Shown here piece after piece: positions 13,365 to 26,953 of a stretch of 64,000 nucleotides of DNA. The stretch lies in assembly GCA_034226945.1 (NCBI GenBank), contig CP120455.1:496001-560000 (forward strand). The letters are read 5' to 3'. Both the position numbers and the translations under genes were made by a program. Every line of letters begins with the position of its first letter. Within the stretch, counting starts at the first letter, position 1. The notes below the pieces were generated by a model. That model had not been told where the DNA came from, made no database searches, and saw only the letters and a list, made by a program, of their open reading frames with translations. The stretch comes from Picochlorum sp. SENEW3. Its lineage: Eukaryota.

Positions 13365-15724
13365 ATGCTTGCTGCCCAGAATACAACAAAAACCTTTGCC
13401 TTTGGCAGACAGAATGCCATCGGACGTACTTCCAATTACTTTGGTACTTCCAAAGTGTTGAAGAATGCCTCTAGAGTGACCAGATCAGCATCTCAGAGGA
13501 AGAGTACAGTTTCTGTCTCTGCTGCCGTGGAAGCTCCTGCGCCAACCGTTGCCCCACCTGGTGTGACTGAACAGGCTGAGAAGCTCTTGGATATTGTTTT
13601 TGTGGCCACCGAGGTGTCTCCATGGTCCAAGACAGGTGCGTTCAGTGCCAAGAGAGGACAGCGAGCTCCCGTATGCCAGAATGGCTCGGTTGGGTCAACC
13701 AATCTGGCACATCGGGCGATGGTCGATTTCTGAGCTCGATTCCCCGTTTATTGGTTTTTAATTAATAAAATATTAATATTCTTGGGTGGATTTTTGATGC
13801 AGGTGGTCTTGGTGATGTTACTGGCAGTCTTCCAGTTGAGTTGGCCAAAAGAGGTCACAACGTCTTCTCCATTGCTCCACGATATGATCAATACTTTGAT
13901 GCCTGGGATACTTCCGTGGTTGTGAATGTGGATGGTGAGGATGTGAGGTTCTTCCATAGCATCAAGGATGGTGTTCACCGCGTGTGGGTTGATCACCCAT
14001 GGTTTTTGGCCAAGATCAAGGGGGTAACTGGAAGCAAACTCTACGGGAAAGAGTCTGGTGCGGATTACGTCGATAACCAGAAGAGATTCGCCTTGTTCTG
14101 CAAAGCTGCGCTTGAATCTTTCACGGCGTTGCCATTCATGCCCGGAGAGGATTCCGTCATTGTTGCCAATGACTGGCACACAGCCCTTATCCCAGTCTAC
14201 ATCAAGGATGTGATGCAGCCAGCTGGTCGCTTCATGGATGCCAAGGTTGCATACACAATCCACAACATTGCTTTCCAGGGACGTTTCTGGCCAGAGACGT
14301 TTGGTGATTTGGGTCTTCCAGAGTCATCCAGAGAGAGATTTTCATTTGAGGATGGATATCCAGTGGTGATTGATGAATCCAACCCAGCCAGTGAGATGTA
14401 CGAAGGTGCTGTCGGGCAGAGATTTGCCAAGACAAACTGGTTGCGTGCTGGTGTCACCGCGTGCGACAAGTTGTTGACAGTGTCACCAACCTATGCCAAG
14501 GAGATGGCATCTGGTCCACAGCTTGGTGTGGAGTTGAATGAGGTGATTGCTGCCAAGGGTATTGAGGGTGTTGTGAACGGCATGGACGTTGCTGACTGGA
14601 ACCCAGCGCTTGATAAATTCTTGTCTTTCAAGTATAATGAAGAGACAATGGATGCTGGAAAGGCATATGCCAAGGCATCCTTGCAGAGAGAGGCTGGTCT
14701 CCCAGTGTCCCCATCTACACCATTGTTTGGGTTTATTGGACGACTTGAGGAACAGAAGGGTGTCGATATTCTTCTTGCTGCTATTGATAAACTGGGAGAT
14801 GCTGGAGCTCAGGCTGTGATTTTGGGAACAGGAAAGAAGGACCTGGAAGAAGATGTGAGGAGTCTCAAGACCCGCTTCCCAGGTGTCGCGGCAGGTGTTG
14901 TGGAGTTCAACTCCCAGGTTGCCCATTTGATTAACGCAGGTGCTGATTTCATGGTCGTCCCATCTCGTTTCGAGCCATGTGGTCTGATCCAGTTGCACGC
15001 CATGTGCTATGGAACTGTGCCATTGGTTGCATCGACTGGAGGATTGGTTGATACTGTCAGCGAGGGTGTCACTGGGTTCCAGATGGGCGCTATGGATCCA
15101 GATGATCTTCTCGACGAAGATGCTGAAGCTGTCGCTTCTTCTATGAAGAGGGCTATTGAGGTTTATGGAACACCAGCATTTGAGCAGATGAGAAAGGCTT
15201 GCATTAGCCAGGATCTTTCCTGGGCTGGTCCAGCAAAGAAGTGGGAAGCAATTTTGACCAATCTCAAGTATGGAGTAGAGTCTGCGCCTGAGACCGAGGC
15301 GGTGAAGGCTAGCATTCCAACTCCAGTGCAGAAGATTGAGAGCCCAGAGTCTTTCGCACCTACCCCATCACCCAAGCCTGCTGATGTTGCTGCTGCCAAG
15401 GCTGCTGCCAAGAGCACAAGCACAAGCACCCCACCAGTTTCCCCAGCAGCCAAGACTGTAGCATCTATCAAGACACGTGCCCCAGTCATGCCAACTGAGG
15501 AAAAGACTGCCGCCAAGAAGGCAGCTGTGATTAGTGTGGATAAGAGCCCAGCCCCAGCCCCTCCAAAGGCCAAGGCTGCTCCTGCCAAGAAGGCAACCAG
15601 CAACGGTGCCGCAAAGCCTGCAGCAACTAATGGTGCTGCAAAGCCAACAGAAGCAAGTACGGCAGCTCCAACCAAGACTCCCTCTTCTCCAGTCAAACCA
15701 GTGAACACACCAAAGAAGGCATAA
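13365..15724 (+). CDS. GBSS: Granule-bound starch synthase (GT5); intron 13636-13802
   Basis: EVSPWSKT|GGLGDV split by intron; PRYDQY, ANDWHT, IHNIAFQG, GRLEEQKG, VPSRFEPCGLIQL, STGGLVDTV; transit peptide; Ala/Pro/Lys-rich C-terminal tail. Confidence 0.95.
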
Positions 15725-15845
15725 GATGTATATATTGATGAAACAAGAAAAAATGCGGTGACGGTTTTCGATTTTTTTTTGCTGAGGCAACATTTTTGAT
15801 GGATCCGATTTTATCCTTTTATGTTACAAAATGATTGCATACATT

Positions 15846-18800
15846 TTATACATGACGACGCAAAACTTTCTGTATCCATGTGCCCCAGATTCCAGTGTCC
15901 TTCTGAGGACTAGAGTATGAGGAGGAGTGATTTGAGACAGGCTGGCTTTCCGAGGTGCCTTTGGAGACTTGTCTGCTTTCCTCTTTCGCACTGTCATACT
16001 CTGGTTGATGGCCCATTTTAATTCTTTTACGTTCGTGCTTATCTGCCACTGACTTTGACTGGTGTGCAGCAGCAACGACACGAAAGGTCCAAGGAGCTTC
16101 ATGAGAGAGCTTTGCTGTGAGTCTCTCATGCAGATTTGGGTGTCTCCTGATCATCTGCTTGACCATATCTGCAAAAGGGGCTGATTGTTCGTCCCTCTCA
16201 GATGCACGTAGGATATTGGATATGATTGAAAACGTCCTACATGTGTCTTGTTGCTCCAATGACAATTGAAGGATGTCTCTCCAGTTGTCACAAGGAACTT
16301 GATATGTTTGCTGGCACATAGATTGTACAAGCTGTGGAATACACACCATTGGTATTCCAGGAGAGGCAATGTGATGCATGATGAATTGAGCACTGCACTC
16401 ATCGCCCAACAAACTCTGCATACATTGCATATTTGCCTCGTTGAGGGTACTTGTTGTCTCTCCCATCAATATGCTCTGACGAAACTTGATCAATGCCAGT
16501 GCTGCATTTTCAGAATGGTCAAACGGCTTCAATGCCTCCATAGTTTGATCGAGCAAGGACATGGCTTCTTCTTTTTGTGAGGAAGAAAAGAATGCCATGT
16601 CCAAATACTCATTTGCTAGCATAGTCATTGCTCGGTATTGTGCATGACGTAACATTTCCGTGACCTTTTCCAAGTTTTGAACAACATATGGGGCCTTTTC
16701 TAGAATGTAAAGACATGCTGCCAGGCATTGGGAGGCACCATCCATAACTCGTACCCTTTTCTTGGATGATGAATCATCCATGCCACATTGTGCTGTTTGA
16801 AGCACCTGAGCCAGCCGAATTATCTTGGCAAACATTAAACATACTTGCTTGGAAGAGAAGTCAGACGTAGCATGCAAGGCGGCGTCCACAATATTGTCGA
16901 GATCTGTGACAAACGTTTCAGGCAGATCCTTTTCCTTTTCCAAGAACCTCACCAGAATATCGAGACTGCCAAGCGGCCCATGATCGTTCCCCTCAGTGAT
17001 TGAATCGTAAGGCATTTCTTGAGACTGACAAAGCAGCGTTGATGGATGCTGCACAGGACTATTATAAAATGCTGCCATCTCGTCCATGGCTTGAAGATCC
17101 TCCAGACCCCATTGAATACCATTGTGTGCTGAAACACGTGCCATGATGACATCTTTGATTTGACAGGATGTGATATCTCCATCATGATGCTCAAACATCA
17201 AGACAAGCGTCATCAGAACGACCAGTGGCTGCCTCATGGATGCCTTCTCAAGCTGATCCAAACATTGCTCTGCCATGGACTTGTTCTTTGAGAACACATA
17301 CAACCCCATCAACAGAGTCAATGACCACTGTCTCTTGGTAATGGGACCATATCTAAGGCATGCTTGTTGAAATAGAATGCAAACATCAATCTTGCCCTTC
17401 AAAAACAGCTCATATGCAACCTTCTGGAATGCCTTTCGACACACATCCATATTATCCCTCTTTTTCACGACCATATTCAGTATCCTATCATCTGATATAA
17501 TATCTACGAATAGTGGCACAGCAAAATCACACGGCTCTGAGGCAGATTGCAGCATATTGACAAGGACCATGAATGCATCTAGACCCACATTGGGCGTCAC
17601 TCTGAGCAAATTAGAGAATGACTCAGGGATGCATTGATCCCTCACCAAAGGAACTGCGACCATGATTTCCGCCATCAAGCAACCCAATGACTGAGTGATG
17701 TCTCCAAGGATATCCGAGCCCTCTTTCAGCAAACCTATTGCGTCAGATACGTCTTTCCCAAGGTATGCAAAGCATTTCAATGGCTCATTTAGCCTCACAC
17801 AGATCCTGGCTTGCATGAATAAGACCTCAAAACCGATCAAGACTCGAACCGGATCCTCACCATCCTGTAGAGATGGAATGCGAGACAGCTCAGCAGATGC
17901 ATTCTTCATCTCACCCAAGCGCAGCAATGCCTTGGCCATGAGGAGCCTCACCTGATACATGAGTGTCATCAGCTCATAGCTATGCTCCAACACCTCAACG
18001 TGATCTATCACATTTTCTATCAGCTTGATTGACTGATCACAGTGGCGAATAGATGACCTGGTGCAGTCACCAGACTCCTCCAAACTGCATGCTTTCTCGT
18101 AATGGTGCAGCGCCACCACAGAGCATGCTCTCACCTTTTCATCCGGCATCAAATGATCATAGCATTCAGAAAGAATACGTTTCGCTGTTGAAATACAATT
18201 ATTTTCGACTAACTGCACAGAATAGTCGAGAAGCACCCGTGTTATCATTTAAATCATAATGAATCACCATTTCTTGACAACTCACCTCATTCTTTGACTC
18301 CTTAGAAACAATCAAATGCCCTCGAATCATAAATTCATACCAGAATGGGGGGAAATCTCCCTCATCAATTGGTTTCATATCATTCATACGGGCGAGTACC
18401 TCGACTATTTCTTCCAAGAGTTTTCTTTGATGATCCCTGATGCGGCCATCAAGGCTCTCTAATGGAAAGCAGTCATACACCTGAAGCAAGTACACCAGAC
18501 ATCCAAATGTGATATGAGGACACAGTCCAGACTTTCCTTCGCAACAGAAAACACCATAGACAGACCACATAGAATCCAAGCATGCCACACGTGCATCCAC
18601 TGTGCCCCCATGCAAACCCTCCATGCACTCTGTGTAGCCATGCAAACACGACTCTGAGAGAACTTGCAGAATATCCACGTAGAAAGACCGACAATGATGG
18701 CTTTCATAGGAATTATGTACATCTCCAGGAGCAGAAGACCTCGCCGCTCGACACTCGCACGGTTTTGATGCATCCCCACCCTCGCTCAGAGCTTTCACCA

Positions 18801-18972
18801 AACGCTCACAGAGCACCTTGATGGTGTCAGTACACTCCTTCCTCTCCGAATCATTGCCACTCTTAGAAACAAATTGTTTCGCCAGTTCGAGACAGAGTCT
18901 CTTGGCATCCCGTCGACCCGTGGCACCCTCCTCTTCCCCGTCAACTACCCCACCAGGCGTATCTCGAAACAT
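15846..18972 (-). CDS. Large alpha-helical/TPR-like protein, possibly ZIP4/SPO22/TEX11-like; two overlapping ORFs (intron or frameshift ~18200-18270)
   Basis: 800-aa plus 257-aa same-strand ORFs with TPR-like helices (LHHYEKACSL...QVRLLMAKALLRLG); family assignment weak. Confidence 0.45.
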
Positions 18973-19439
18973 CCGAATTCGTAACAGACACTTGTATTAA
19001 CGAACTCACTAGATATATAATAAAAAATTATAATAAAACAGGGTATAGATAGATTTTGCATATGCGCGAGAAGCGGAATCGGACCTTTGTGCATGGACAT
19101 CAAATTAGGAAGTGCATGAGCCATAGACATCTGCAGTACTGCTAGGTGGTATGCAGCAGAATCACCTTTTCATTTTCCAACTACTAAATTCGTATGAGGC
19201 AAAAACAAAAACCGACAGAATTCCTTCAAAAGGAACCATTTGAAGCTGCTCCCTATCTTGTTGTAAAGCTAGGCTTCATTCCATTCTTGGGCAAAACAAC
19301 AACCACGGATCACATAGCACTCGTATGGATCTCTACAGCAGATAGATTATATCATGTGCGTCCACTTGCCATGGTCATCCATAGTCATCCACATGGAGCA
19401 TTCTTGCTGCCACAACCACTCCATCCATCTCGGATCTGG

Positions 19440-20063
19440 TCAGGGACAGCAATGATGCTGAGACTTTGCTGACAAGAGAATCCTGTATTCGACAACAAGA
19501 AATATAAAATAAAGCATCAAAATACATTTTGAGTGACAACCGTTCAATTCTATCCAAAAAAAAAAGCATACCAAGATGGGTGCATTCTCCAAAAGACAGT
19601 CAACCATTGACAAATCTTCCACTCGCAATCCGTCCATCTCATCGGCTTGCAGCGATCCAATCAACTGTAGAATCTCTCCAACAAGGTTGTTTATATACTT
19701 CATGGACGTCTCCAAAACCCGCAGCGATTGAGCACTGGTTTCCATGGATGCATTGCTGAGGCAGTCTCGAGGAGGCCCTTTGACTCGTGCACAAGCACCA
19801 TTACCATCACGCTTTTCCAACTCTGACCCATAGATCTCCTCAATTTCTTTTACAAGAGCCTCATCATCGCGTATAGAGTCCAGCAACGACTGGTACTGCG
19901 ATGGTGTAGGAAATGGTTCTTGGACAAGACCAAGCCACTCTGCAAGGGTGCCGAGCGCATCGATCACATCATCCTCAGCCTGCCAGCATTTCTGCAGCAA
20001 TATGTATTCCATTCCAAAGGATGATTCGTTGCGTATCATGGGTATCCTTAGAATGATGGGCAC
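19440..20063 (-). CDS. Hypothetical protein (exon; ends uncertain)
   Basis: 207-aa acidic helical ORF with probable intron at the 3' end (gtatgc donor ~19570). Confidence 0.45.
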   Translation of the reverse strand: MPIILRIPMIRNESSFGMEYILLQKCWQAEDDVIDALGTLAEWLGLVQEPFPTPSQYQSLLDSIRDDEALVKEIEEIYGSELEKRDGNGACARVKGPPRDCLSNASMETSAQSLRVLETSMKYINNLVGEILQLIGSLQADEMDGLRVEDLSMVDCLLENAPILVCFFFWIELNGCHSKCILMLYFIFLVVEYRILLSAKSQHHCCP

Positions 20064-20399
20064 TCATCCGTTTAAAAAAGGGGAATGCAAAGAATGTGAG
20101 CGTACCAGCGTGAGGGTTTTCAGCGATTCAGCCTTCTCCTGCATATACTTGGGTTTCAATTCACTAGTAATGGCTTAATGGGCACTTGTGAGGGAATTTT
20201 GAATACGTTTGTGGTACTCCAAACTTGAACTCAGGGTGTTGTGGTCCTTAAAAAGGATATTAAATATGCTGATACCCATCTGAGTTTGTCCATGTGTATG
20301 CATGGTTTACTTCAACGCGCTACATTTATTTAAATTTCTGTATAATTTAATACGAATATTCTCTGACACTAGAGAGAAGAGTGTGGAGGAAACTTCGTC

Positions 20400-22066
20400 A
20401 TGGTTTTGTTGTCAAGCAGCATTCGCAGCGGCTGCAGCACGGGTATCACGCGAAATGAGAGGCTGCATGCTATCCACAATGCAAGAAAAGCATCTACAAG
20501 CCGTCAGCAAAAGCGTTCGTACGCTCTGTTGAAAGCAGTTGCGGAGCCGTCGGACTCGGTGCCATTTGCCAGTTCATCCGAGCATTTATCCGAGTGGACC
20601 GTGGATTCATGGAAAAACTTCACTGCATTGCAGCAACCAAGCTATCCTGACAAGGTATGTGTGGGGATACCGCTCATTGTGTCAATGTTTGGGTAGTTTA
20701 CCTGCAAAGACTGTTGGCGCTTCTTGTGAGTGGTGTTGGAGGATTTTCAAATACCGTCGATTCAAGCAACATGTATGATGTGCAGAATGCATTAGACAAG
20801 GGTGTTGCTGAAATTGCTTCTATGCCACCGTTGGTTTTCGCTGGAGAGTGCAGAACTCTTCAGGATAGACTTGCGGCTGCTGCCAGAGGGGATGCTTTCA
20901 TTGTTCAGGGTGGAGATTGCGCCGAGTCGTTCGATCAGTTCAATGCCAACAGAATAAGAGATTTGTACCGTTTGATTCTTCAGATGAGTCTGGTGGTGAT
21001 GTATGGTGGGGGTGTGCCTGTTGTAAAGATTGGTCGCCTTGCTGGGCAGTTTGCCAAGCCTCGATCTGCAGATTTGGAGAAGAAGGGTGATGTCGAACTC
21101 CCATCATATAGAGGCGATATCATCAATGGACCTGAGTTCACTCCTGAAGCTCGAATCCCAGATCCACAAAGGCTGGTCAAGGCGTATCACCAGTCAGCAG
21201 CTACATTGAACTTGGTGCGTGGGTTCTCTACAGGAGGATATGCTGCTCTTGATAGAGTGGCGGATTGGAACCTGGACTTTATGAGTAATAGTGATGAAGG
21301 AGAAGCGTACTTGGATCTTGCAAAACGTGTGAAGGAGGCATTGGTGTTCGTCAAAGCTTGCGGTGCTCAGGAGTTGTCAACATTGTTCAATGAAACCGAA
21401 TTCTTTGTGAGTCATGAGTGCCTTCTTTTGGACTACGAAGGCGCGTTGACTCGAGTGGATTCTACGACTGGACTGTACTATGGATGCTCTGGTCACTTTT
21501 TGTGGTGTGGAGAGAGGACACGCCAGTTAGATAATGCTCATGTGGAGTACCTCAAGGGAATTGGAAATCCAATTGGCGTCAAGGTATCAGACAAGATGGA
21601 TCCAAGTGAATTGGTGGCGTTGATTGCAGCATTGAACCCAGAAAATACACCAGGAAGGCTTGCTGTTATTGTACGAATGGGTGCTGCCAAATTGAGGGAG
21701 AATTTCCCAAGGCTTATTCAAGCTGTCCAGGAGGCTGGACAGACTGTCACCTGGGTGTGTGACCCAATGCACGGAAACACCGAAAGTTGCAACGGATATA
21801 AGACACGCCGCTATGATAATGTGAGGGCGGAAGTAGAAGCATTCTTCGATGTGCATCAGGAGATGGGATCCATCCCAGGAGGAGTGCATCTTGAGATGAC
21901 TGGTGATGATGTCACAGAGTGCATTGGTGGCGGGTCATCCGTGTCCGAGACAGACTTAGATTCAAGGTACCACACACACTGCGATCCACGCTTAAATGCT
22001 GAGCAGGCCCTGGAGATGGCATTCTATGTGGCCTCCCGCCTGAGGGAAAGAAGAAAACACGACTAA
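20400..22066 (+). CDS. DHS: Class II DAHP synthase (phospho-2-dehydro-3-deoxyheptonate aldolase), plastid; intron 20655-20785
   Basis: [86 protein letters not shown]. Confidence 0.97.
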
Positions 22067-22128
22067 AAGAACAGGTTTCTTAAGTCCTTTTGATTCATTC
22101 ATTACAAATGAGATACAACATGTAACCT

Positions 22129-22747
22129 TTACTTTGTCCACAAGCTTTTTACTGGAACTCTAAAATCTACACCGCTGCCTGGTGCCCAATACTCGCACGC
22201 TCGAATCAATTCCTTGAGTGCCCCTGCACTCAACTGCATTTTATTTCTCTTGTGATCCATCATCATTGCTGCCACATCATCACCGTGGACCTTTTGTAAC
22301 TCTGCAATCACCCTTCTCTGTCTATCTGTAGGCCTCTTTGGCGCAGCTGGACCGTGGATAAGACTCTGCTTACCCAACGTCACGCGTAAATCATCGTCCA
22401 AGTCCTCGTCACTCTTGACCTCCGTCTCAGGGTTGATACCCCCACGGGTTTTCCTCCCATGGCCCTCATTAGGATCCATCACGAAACCCGATTCTTCATA
22501 ATTATCTTTCAAATGCTTACTTTCATCCCATTCGAGCCTGTACAGGAGAGAAAAAGAAAGAATGTGAGTGGCATTGCATGCGAGCATGTCAGAGGCAATT
22601 TTCGTACTCTGCTCCCAACTTATCCTCCAGTGCTTCTGACCCCTTCTTCAGTTCATGGGGTATCTTACTTTTAGTGAACCGTGTTTTGCTCTTCCGCTTA
22701 ATGATTTTAGGCCGAGAACGTTTGATTCGCCTCAAGGACCTCCCCAT
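22129..22747 (-). CDS. NOP16: Ribosome biogenesis protein Nop16-like; one intron
   Basis: Basic N-terminus MGRSLRRIKRSR..., WDESKHLKDNY...G...DPN, HGDDVAAMMMDHKRNKMQLS. Confidence 0.75.
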
Positions 22748-22862
22748 GTCTGGTACTAGTAGTAACGCTTCTACTCGCCACCTCGCAAATGTCTTCTTCT
22801 AGTTCTTACAGCAACACAAATTCCATCATAAATAGTAATTAGATCTGAGGCCGTTGCTTTCA

Positions 22863-24401
22863 TCACGCTGCAGATAGAGACACACGTCCAAATGTTCGGA
22901 TCTTTCCAGCATAGTATGGCTTTCCATCTTCATCACCCTCAAAGCCTACTTCAAATCCAAGCCCAGAGTACGATTTGCCTGGGTATCCACTGTAAAGTAC
23001 CTCTGCTCTGATATCCTCTATAGTAGTATCGCGATTTTGAATGCCCTTGGATGATTTCAAAATGGCTCGAATGGCACCAGTGCCTCCTGCTTCCATAGAG
23101 TCAATGCACCATTGAATTCGAGATTCCTGTGGACTAAACGAGGCCCTGTGGGACGTCTTCACGAGTCCATCCAACTCTGGGGGTAAACTGAGAGTAACTG
23201 ACACATCTACCAGTCCATTGGGCAGGGATGGATTCACTGCAAAAGGGATGACTAGCAACATACTTTTTGCAGGGCCCTTCTCCTCCTCTGGCAAAGCAAC
23301 AAGCATGTTACACTGCAGAGGTGGATCTACAGCAGAACTAGGAAGCTGGTATCTCAAATATGACGTATCAATCGGTGTACTGGATAAACGAGCTCCAAAC
23401 TCTCCCACATTCTTCTGTGCATACATCCTATGCACAGATGCGCTGTGCAAACAACTATCAACAACAAGCGATTCAGACTCAATAATCCGAAAGGCAGCTT
23501 TATCCAAATTGTATGGTGCTAGTGCTCTACGAACTTCACCCCGCACGCACGCAGACTCGATGGCACCATGTGACACAGATCCTTCCCACACCTCAACCAT
23601 CACAAGTGCCTCTTGCAAGTCAGACACTGGAATATCATGCGCCACAGTCGCCTCTGTATCTTCTACAACACCCTCCCGCAGATTAGATTCTTCCTCTTCA
23701 TCATGCGACTCCTCCACAACAGTCTCATCGTCATCACCCTCATCAGCTGTTGCCGCACCAGAGAATGCATGCCTTGAAACACTGTGCACAGGCGGTGCTG
23801 GTGGCTTTCGTTTCGCACCCATCACTCGACTAGGCGGAGCAGGAAGCGCCCCAGCTGGTATCACAAACTCTGTCGACGTCACCGCGTGCCCACTCGCATC
23901 CCAGACCTTTTGCAGCACCTCCCCATCACCCTTTTCTCCCTGCACCACCTCCACATCCTCACTCGTCTTGACAAACGAATTCTTCGTCTTTGTCTTTGCC
24001 ATCTTCTTCAACTTTCTACTCGCATCAGATGCAGACACCGGCATCGACAGCATCTTTTCATTCGTAGGAGGAGCATGAATAAATGCAGATGGCAAGTACC
24101 CAATCCCTCTCCCTAATATCCTTCCCAGCAACAAATACAAAGTCGCATACTTTTTCGACAACCTCTTGGTCGAAATTTCAGCTCCCTTGCACACCCCAAC
24201 CAAAATCTTTGCCGCAGCATCCACATACCGCAAACTCACAATTGGATTGGTGTGTGGCTCACACACATAAAACACCATGATGCTATCCACCAACCGAAAC
24301 GTCACCAAATACTTGCTCTGCAACGCATATCTCTGTCCTAATGATACATTATATGCATCCTCATCCCCTCTGCATCGCAAACCCAACGTCGCAATCAACA
24401 T
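22863..24401 (-). CDS. Mu-homology-domain adaptor protein (TPLATE-complex TML / muniscin-like)
   Basis: N-terminal longin-like region (YLVTFRLVDSIMVF...LSKKYATLYLLL), acidic linker, C-terminal MHD (MVEVW...VRGEVR, YLRYQL, PPLQ, IQWCI, SGLGFE). Confidence 0.65.
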   Translation of the reverse strand: MLIATLGLRCRGDEDAYNVSLGQRYALQSKYLVTFRLVDSIMVFYVCEPHTNPIVSLRYVDAAAKILVGVCKGAEISTKRLSKKYATLYLLLGRILGRGIGYLPSAFIHAPPTNEKMLSMPVSASDASRKLKKMAKTKTKNSFVKTSEDVEVVQGEKGDGEVLQKVWDASGHAVTSTEFVIPAGALPAPPSRVMGAKRKPPAPPVHSVSRHAFSGAATADEGDDDETVVEESHDEEEESNLREGVVEDTEATVAHDIPVSDLQEALVMVEVWEGSVSHGAIESACVRGEVRRALAPYNLDKAAFRIIESESLVVDSCLHSASVHRMYAQKNVGEFGARLSSTPIDTSYLRYQLPSSAVDPPLQCNMLVALPEEEKGPAKSMLLVIPFAVNPSLPNGLVDVSVTLSLPPELDGLVKTSHRASFSPQESRIQWCIDSMEAGGTGAIRAILKSSKGIQNRDTTIEDIRAEVLYSGYPGKSYSGLGFEVGFEGDEDGKPYYAGKIRTFGRVSLSAA

Positions 24402-24859
24402 TTGATTAAATTTTTTTCATGTCTAATAATAATCAAGTCGTTCTCTCATGAATTCTTCGATTCATACCTGGACTTTACCCCTGTAGCTGATCGAATCTTC
24501 CTCGAATGATTGTTAAAATCATCGACAATCTCAGTGATAGCATCCTGAACAAGCTTGGATGGGATCCCGTGCCTGTACTCAAACCACACCGCGTCAGTGC
24601 ATAGAGCATACAAGGCCATAGAAACTATTGATCACGTACGTTTGTACCATAAAATTCCCACCTCGAACTACTCGAAGCAGAAAGGCACCGGGAGAGACGC
24701 TCATAATATACTACTCGGTGTGTATCAAAAAGTTCCTCTGATTTTTTCTTCTTTGGTTTCGTGTGAATCAGAGGGCCTGTTCAGCCTAGGCTGCTTTTTT
24801 TTTTCAATCTTACGTACACAAGTATTGATACAAATAATAATAATGATATTGCGTGGATG

Positions 24860-25679
24860 AACAACAGGACAGCTTGATGAGTAGTCTTCTTCTTTTTTAC
24901 ACAAGATCTCTACATATGTAGAGATCTCTGTACAGAGATCTAGATTTTTAGGTACTGGAATACGGCATCGACAAAAAAGATGCAGAGACATACACGCTAC
25001 AATCAATCAATCAATCTTGTTTGCGTTGATGGTATAATGCAGGTTCTCATCATTGGCTGTCTGCAGCTTTTGGCTGTCCCGAACAAGTTCAGGAGTATGA
25101 AACAGAGCAGTTGGGGACACAGTCGCAGCAGCACCCTTTTGGAGATGGGCAATCCTCTTTTCCACCCCAACACCTGACGAATACCGCTGTTTCTGATCAG
25201 AAGAACGCTCATCTGCAACCCCAGTACCTGCTCCTAAGTAGGGGCTGCAGGAAGGAGATGCACTGGCAGACATGTGTTCCACTTGCAACTGAGCAATCAC
25301 AAGCTGCTCTTTCAAATTTGCATTTTCCCTATCAACCTGTTGCATTTTCTGCAACGTTTCTGATTTCTCCATACTTAGATTTTTTATTTCTGCATTCAGA
25401 AAGGCGATTTCCTCGAAAGATTCTCGGAATTTTTCCTTCTCCTCCTCGAGAATCCACTTGAGTGTTTCACTCTCGTTCAGGGCCTCTCGAGCCACCTGAT
25501 CCTTGGCCTTGATCACCTCTTCCACCCCCTGTATGAAATGTTTTACTTTTCTCCATGAAATATATTCCCTATCGTCGAGTCCAATAGAGAAGTCATTCTT
25601 CGTGACGGTTGCAAATCGTTCTGCAAGTTGACCGGAACAGGGTCCTGTGCCTCCATCTGTGGGCTTTTCTCTCCCCATG
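24860..25679 (-). CDS. Hypothetical coiled-coil protein (3' exon approximate)
   Basis: 228-aa ORF with heptad-rich segment; small downstream exon ...IPVPKNLDLCTEIS. Confidence 0.45.
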
Positions 25680-26011
25680 GCACGACTATTCACACTATTT
25701 TAGAGGTATAGAATTATAAAAAAGGGAATAATTGGATGCAGCAGGGTATGTGTAGGACGTATAGACGTGAGAAGCGCCCATGGCATATGGCAAGTCAACG
25801 GTTTTTTGGTCCAATGCTAGAAGGATTCAAGGCTTCCCATCGACCATGCCCACTGACGGGATCTTACACAATCTCCTCACAATGGATCTGCACACGAGCC
25901 ATAGGTCCACGTTGGGTGGGCAAATTGAGTATTTTTTTCATTACATAGTTCTATTCGTGCACAGAGACTCGTTCTTTTCCGCCCATTTTTCATTTACCAG
26001 AGTACAGAGAC

Positions 26012-26936
26012 ATGTCCCGTCTAGTTCTTGCACCCACGAGCGCACCAGTCGCTCGGGTGGTTCCAAGGGCATCTATTGCCCACATTTGTGGACAGAAATC
26101 ACCTGTACATGGTATCAAGGCAGGTCGAAGGGGGATCGCCGGCATCGTCAAAGGTGCGTGACTCGTGTGGTGCTCGGGACAGGTTCCACCAGACACACGA
26201 CTGTGGATCGAATGATGCAACACATGGTCTATGTGTGACGATATATGTGCATTCTGCAGGAAATGATGCCCATCACAGGGGGGGAATGTGTCTTACCCGG
26301 GCAGAGGAGGAAGGAAGCTCTGGTAAGATTGCTGCTCAGACTGGCAGCTTCATTCCAGTGATGAGGCCAGAGGATTTGCCAAAGGGCGTGCGCAAGGAGG
26401 TTCGAGTAGAGGGAAAGAGTGTATTACTCTTCTGGTATAGGAATCAGATTTATGCGATTGAATCCAGATCTCCTGCTGAAGGAGCATACAGTGAGGGATT
26501 CATCAGGGCCAAATTCACTCAAGACTACTGCATTGAATGCCCAAGCACTGGTACCCTCTTCTCACTGAAAGACGGGTCCATTGTGTCATGGTATCCAAAT
26601 AATCCCGTGTTGAGGGCGTTGACACCATCATCAACATGCAGGAGGATGGAAATTTATCCAGTCAAGTTGTCCCAAGATGCCATTTCTGTGGATGTCTCTG
26701 GATCAGTTTTGTCCGGCGGGTCTGCAGGGTACAATACGACCAAGGGAGGTTCTGATACATCTTTAGAAAACAACAACGTGTATGGTCTGGAACCAAGAAT
26801 CTATGTGGAAGGAAGTGATGCTGGGGGGGCAGAAGAATCCATGGTGTCAAAGGTTGCATCCGTTGGGGTGGGTATTTTTGCCATTGCTGCAGTTGTGACT
26901 GTAGGTTTTGCTGTGGTTCAATATATTTCTAGGTAA
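26012..26936 (+). CDS. PSB33: Thylakoid Rieske-like protein PSB33/TEF5 (lacks 2Fe-2S ligands); intron 26154-26259
   Basis: LPKGVRKEV, LLFWYRNQIYAIESRSPAEGAYSEGF, CPSTGTLFSL, WYPNNPVLR, C-terminal TM; transit peptide exon from ATG 26012 splices in frame. Confidence 0.88.
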
Positions 26937-26953
26937 TACAAAGTAATGTTGAT

